A stretch of 63,894 nucleotides of DNA, counting the filler, from Collodictyon triciliatum (Eukaryota): assembly GCA_043381765.1 (NCBI GenBank). It is 5 parts of 5 records of this genome, joined end to end, with 100 filler letters (N's around TTAATTAATTAA, not from the genome) between each part and the next. Parts side by side here need not be neighbours in the genome. Positions count along the whole stretch, not along the records: positions 61,985 to 63,894 come from JBHJMP010001505.1; 4 more parts are not named here. The stretch is one strand, 5' to 3'. Shown here one piece after another: positions 63,795 through 63,894 of this stretch. The position numbers and the translations under genes are program-made. Below the pieces are notes generated by a model. It was not told where the DNA came from and did no database searches. It saw only the letters and a list, made by a program, of their open reading frames with translations. Position 1 is the first letter of the stretch. Each line of letters opens with the position of its first letter.

Positions 63795-63894
63795 TTCTCC
63801 TTTTCCTTTTCCTTTTCCTTTTCCTTTTCCTTTTCCTTTTCCTTTTCCTTTTCCTTTTCCTTTTCCTTTTCCTTTTCCTTTTCCTTTTCCTTTT
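63795..63894. repeat. (CCTTTT)n microsatellite at the window end
   Basis: Perfect hexamer run. Confidence 0.95.

Noticed and set aside
63795-63894. (CCTTTT)n as a telomere
   Set aside because: It is not a G-rich telomeric unit I recognise, and it follows a splice donor like the other intronic pyrimidine repeats.

Overview
This is eukaryotic, AT-rich, intron-dense DNA, most likely from a protist; the taxon cannot be determined from the sequence alone. It is a concatenation of five pieces joined by artificial 100-nt linkers (N44-TTAATTAATTAA-N44), plus three sized N gaps, so gene order across linkers means nothing. All gene models were built by hand from GT-AG sites, reading-frame phase and remembered family motifs; no searches were run. 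Genes in order: (1) an LRR + Cys-rich + multi-pass-membrane receptor-like gene with seven tandem 69-nt single-LRR exons; (2) a degenerate non-LTR retrotransposon 3' fragment; (3) a PHO80/U-type cyclin; (4) a C9orf72 homologue; (5) the 3' end of an Ariadne RBR ligase; (6) a 5'-truncated SYG1/XPR1 EXS protein; (7) a kinesin-7/CENP-E-like gene; (8) an apparent in-frame fusion of a catalytically degenerate Met17/MetY-like PLP-enzyme domain to an intact homoserine O-acetyltransferase (Met2/MetX); (9) a 5'-truncated, divergent axonemal inner-arm dynein heavy chain with about 73 exons; (10) an unknown coiled-coil gene; (11) fragments of an unknown gene and of an SLC52/ENT-like transporter. The strongest leads are the Met17-pseudoenzyme::Met2 fusion, the modular hypervariable LRR exon array, and a possible spliced upstream ORF ending in frame just before the cyclin ATG.
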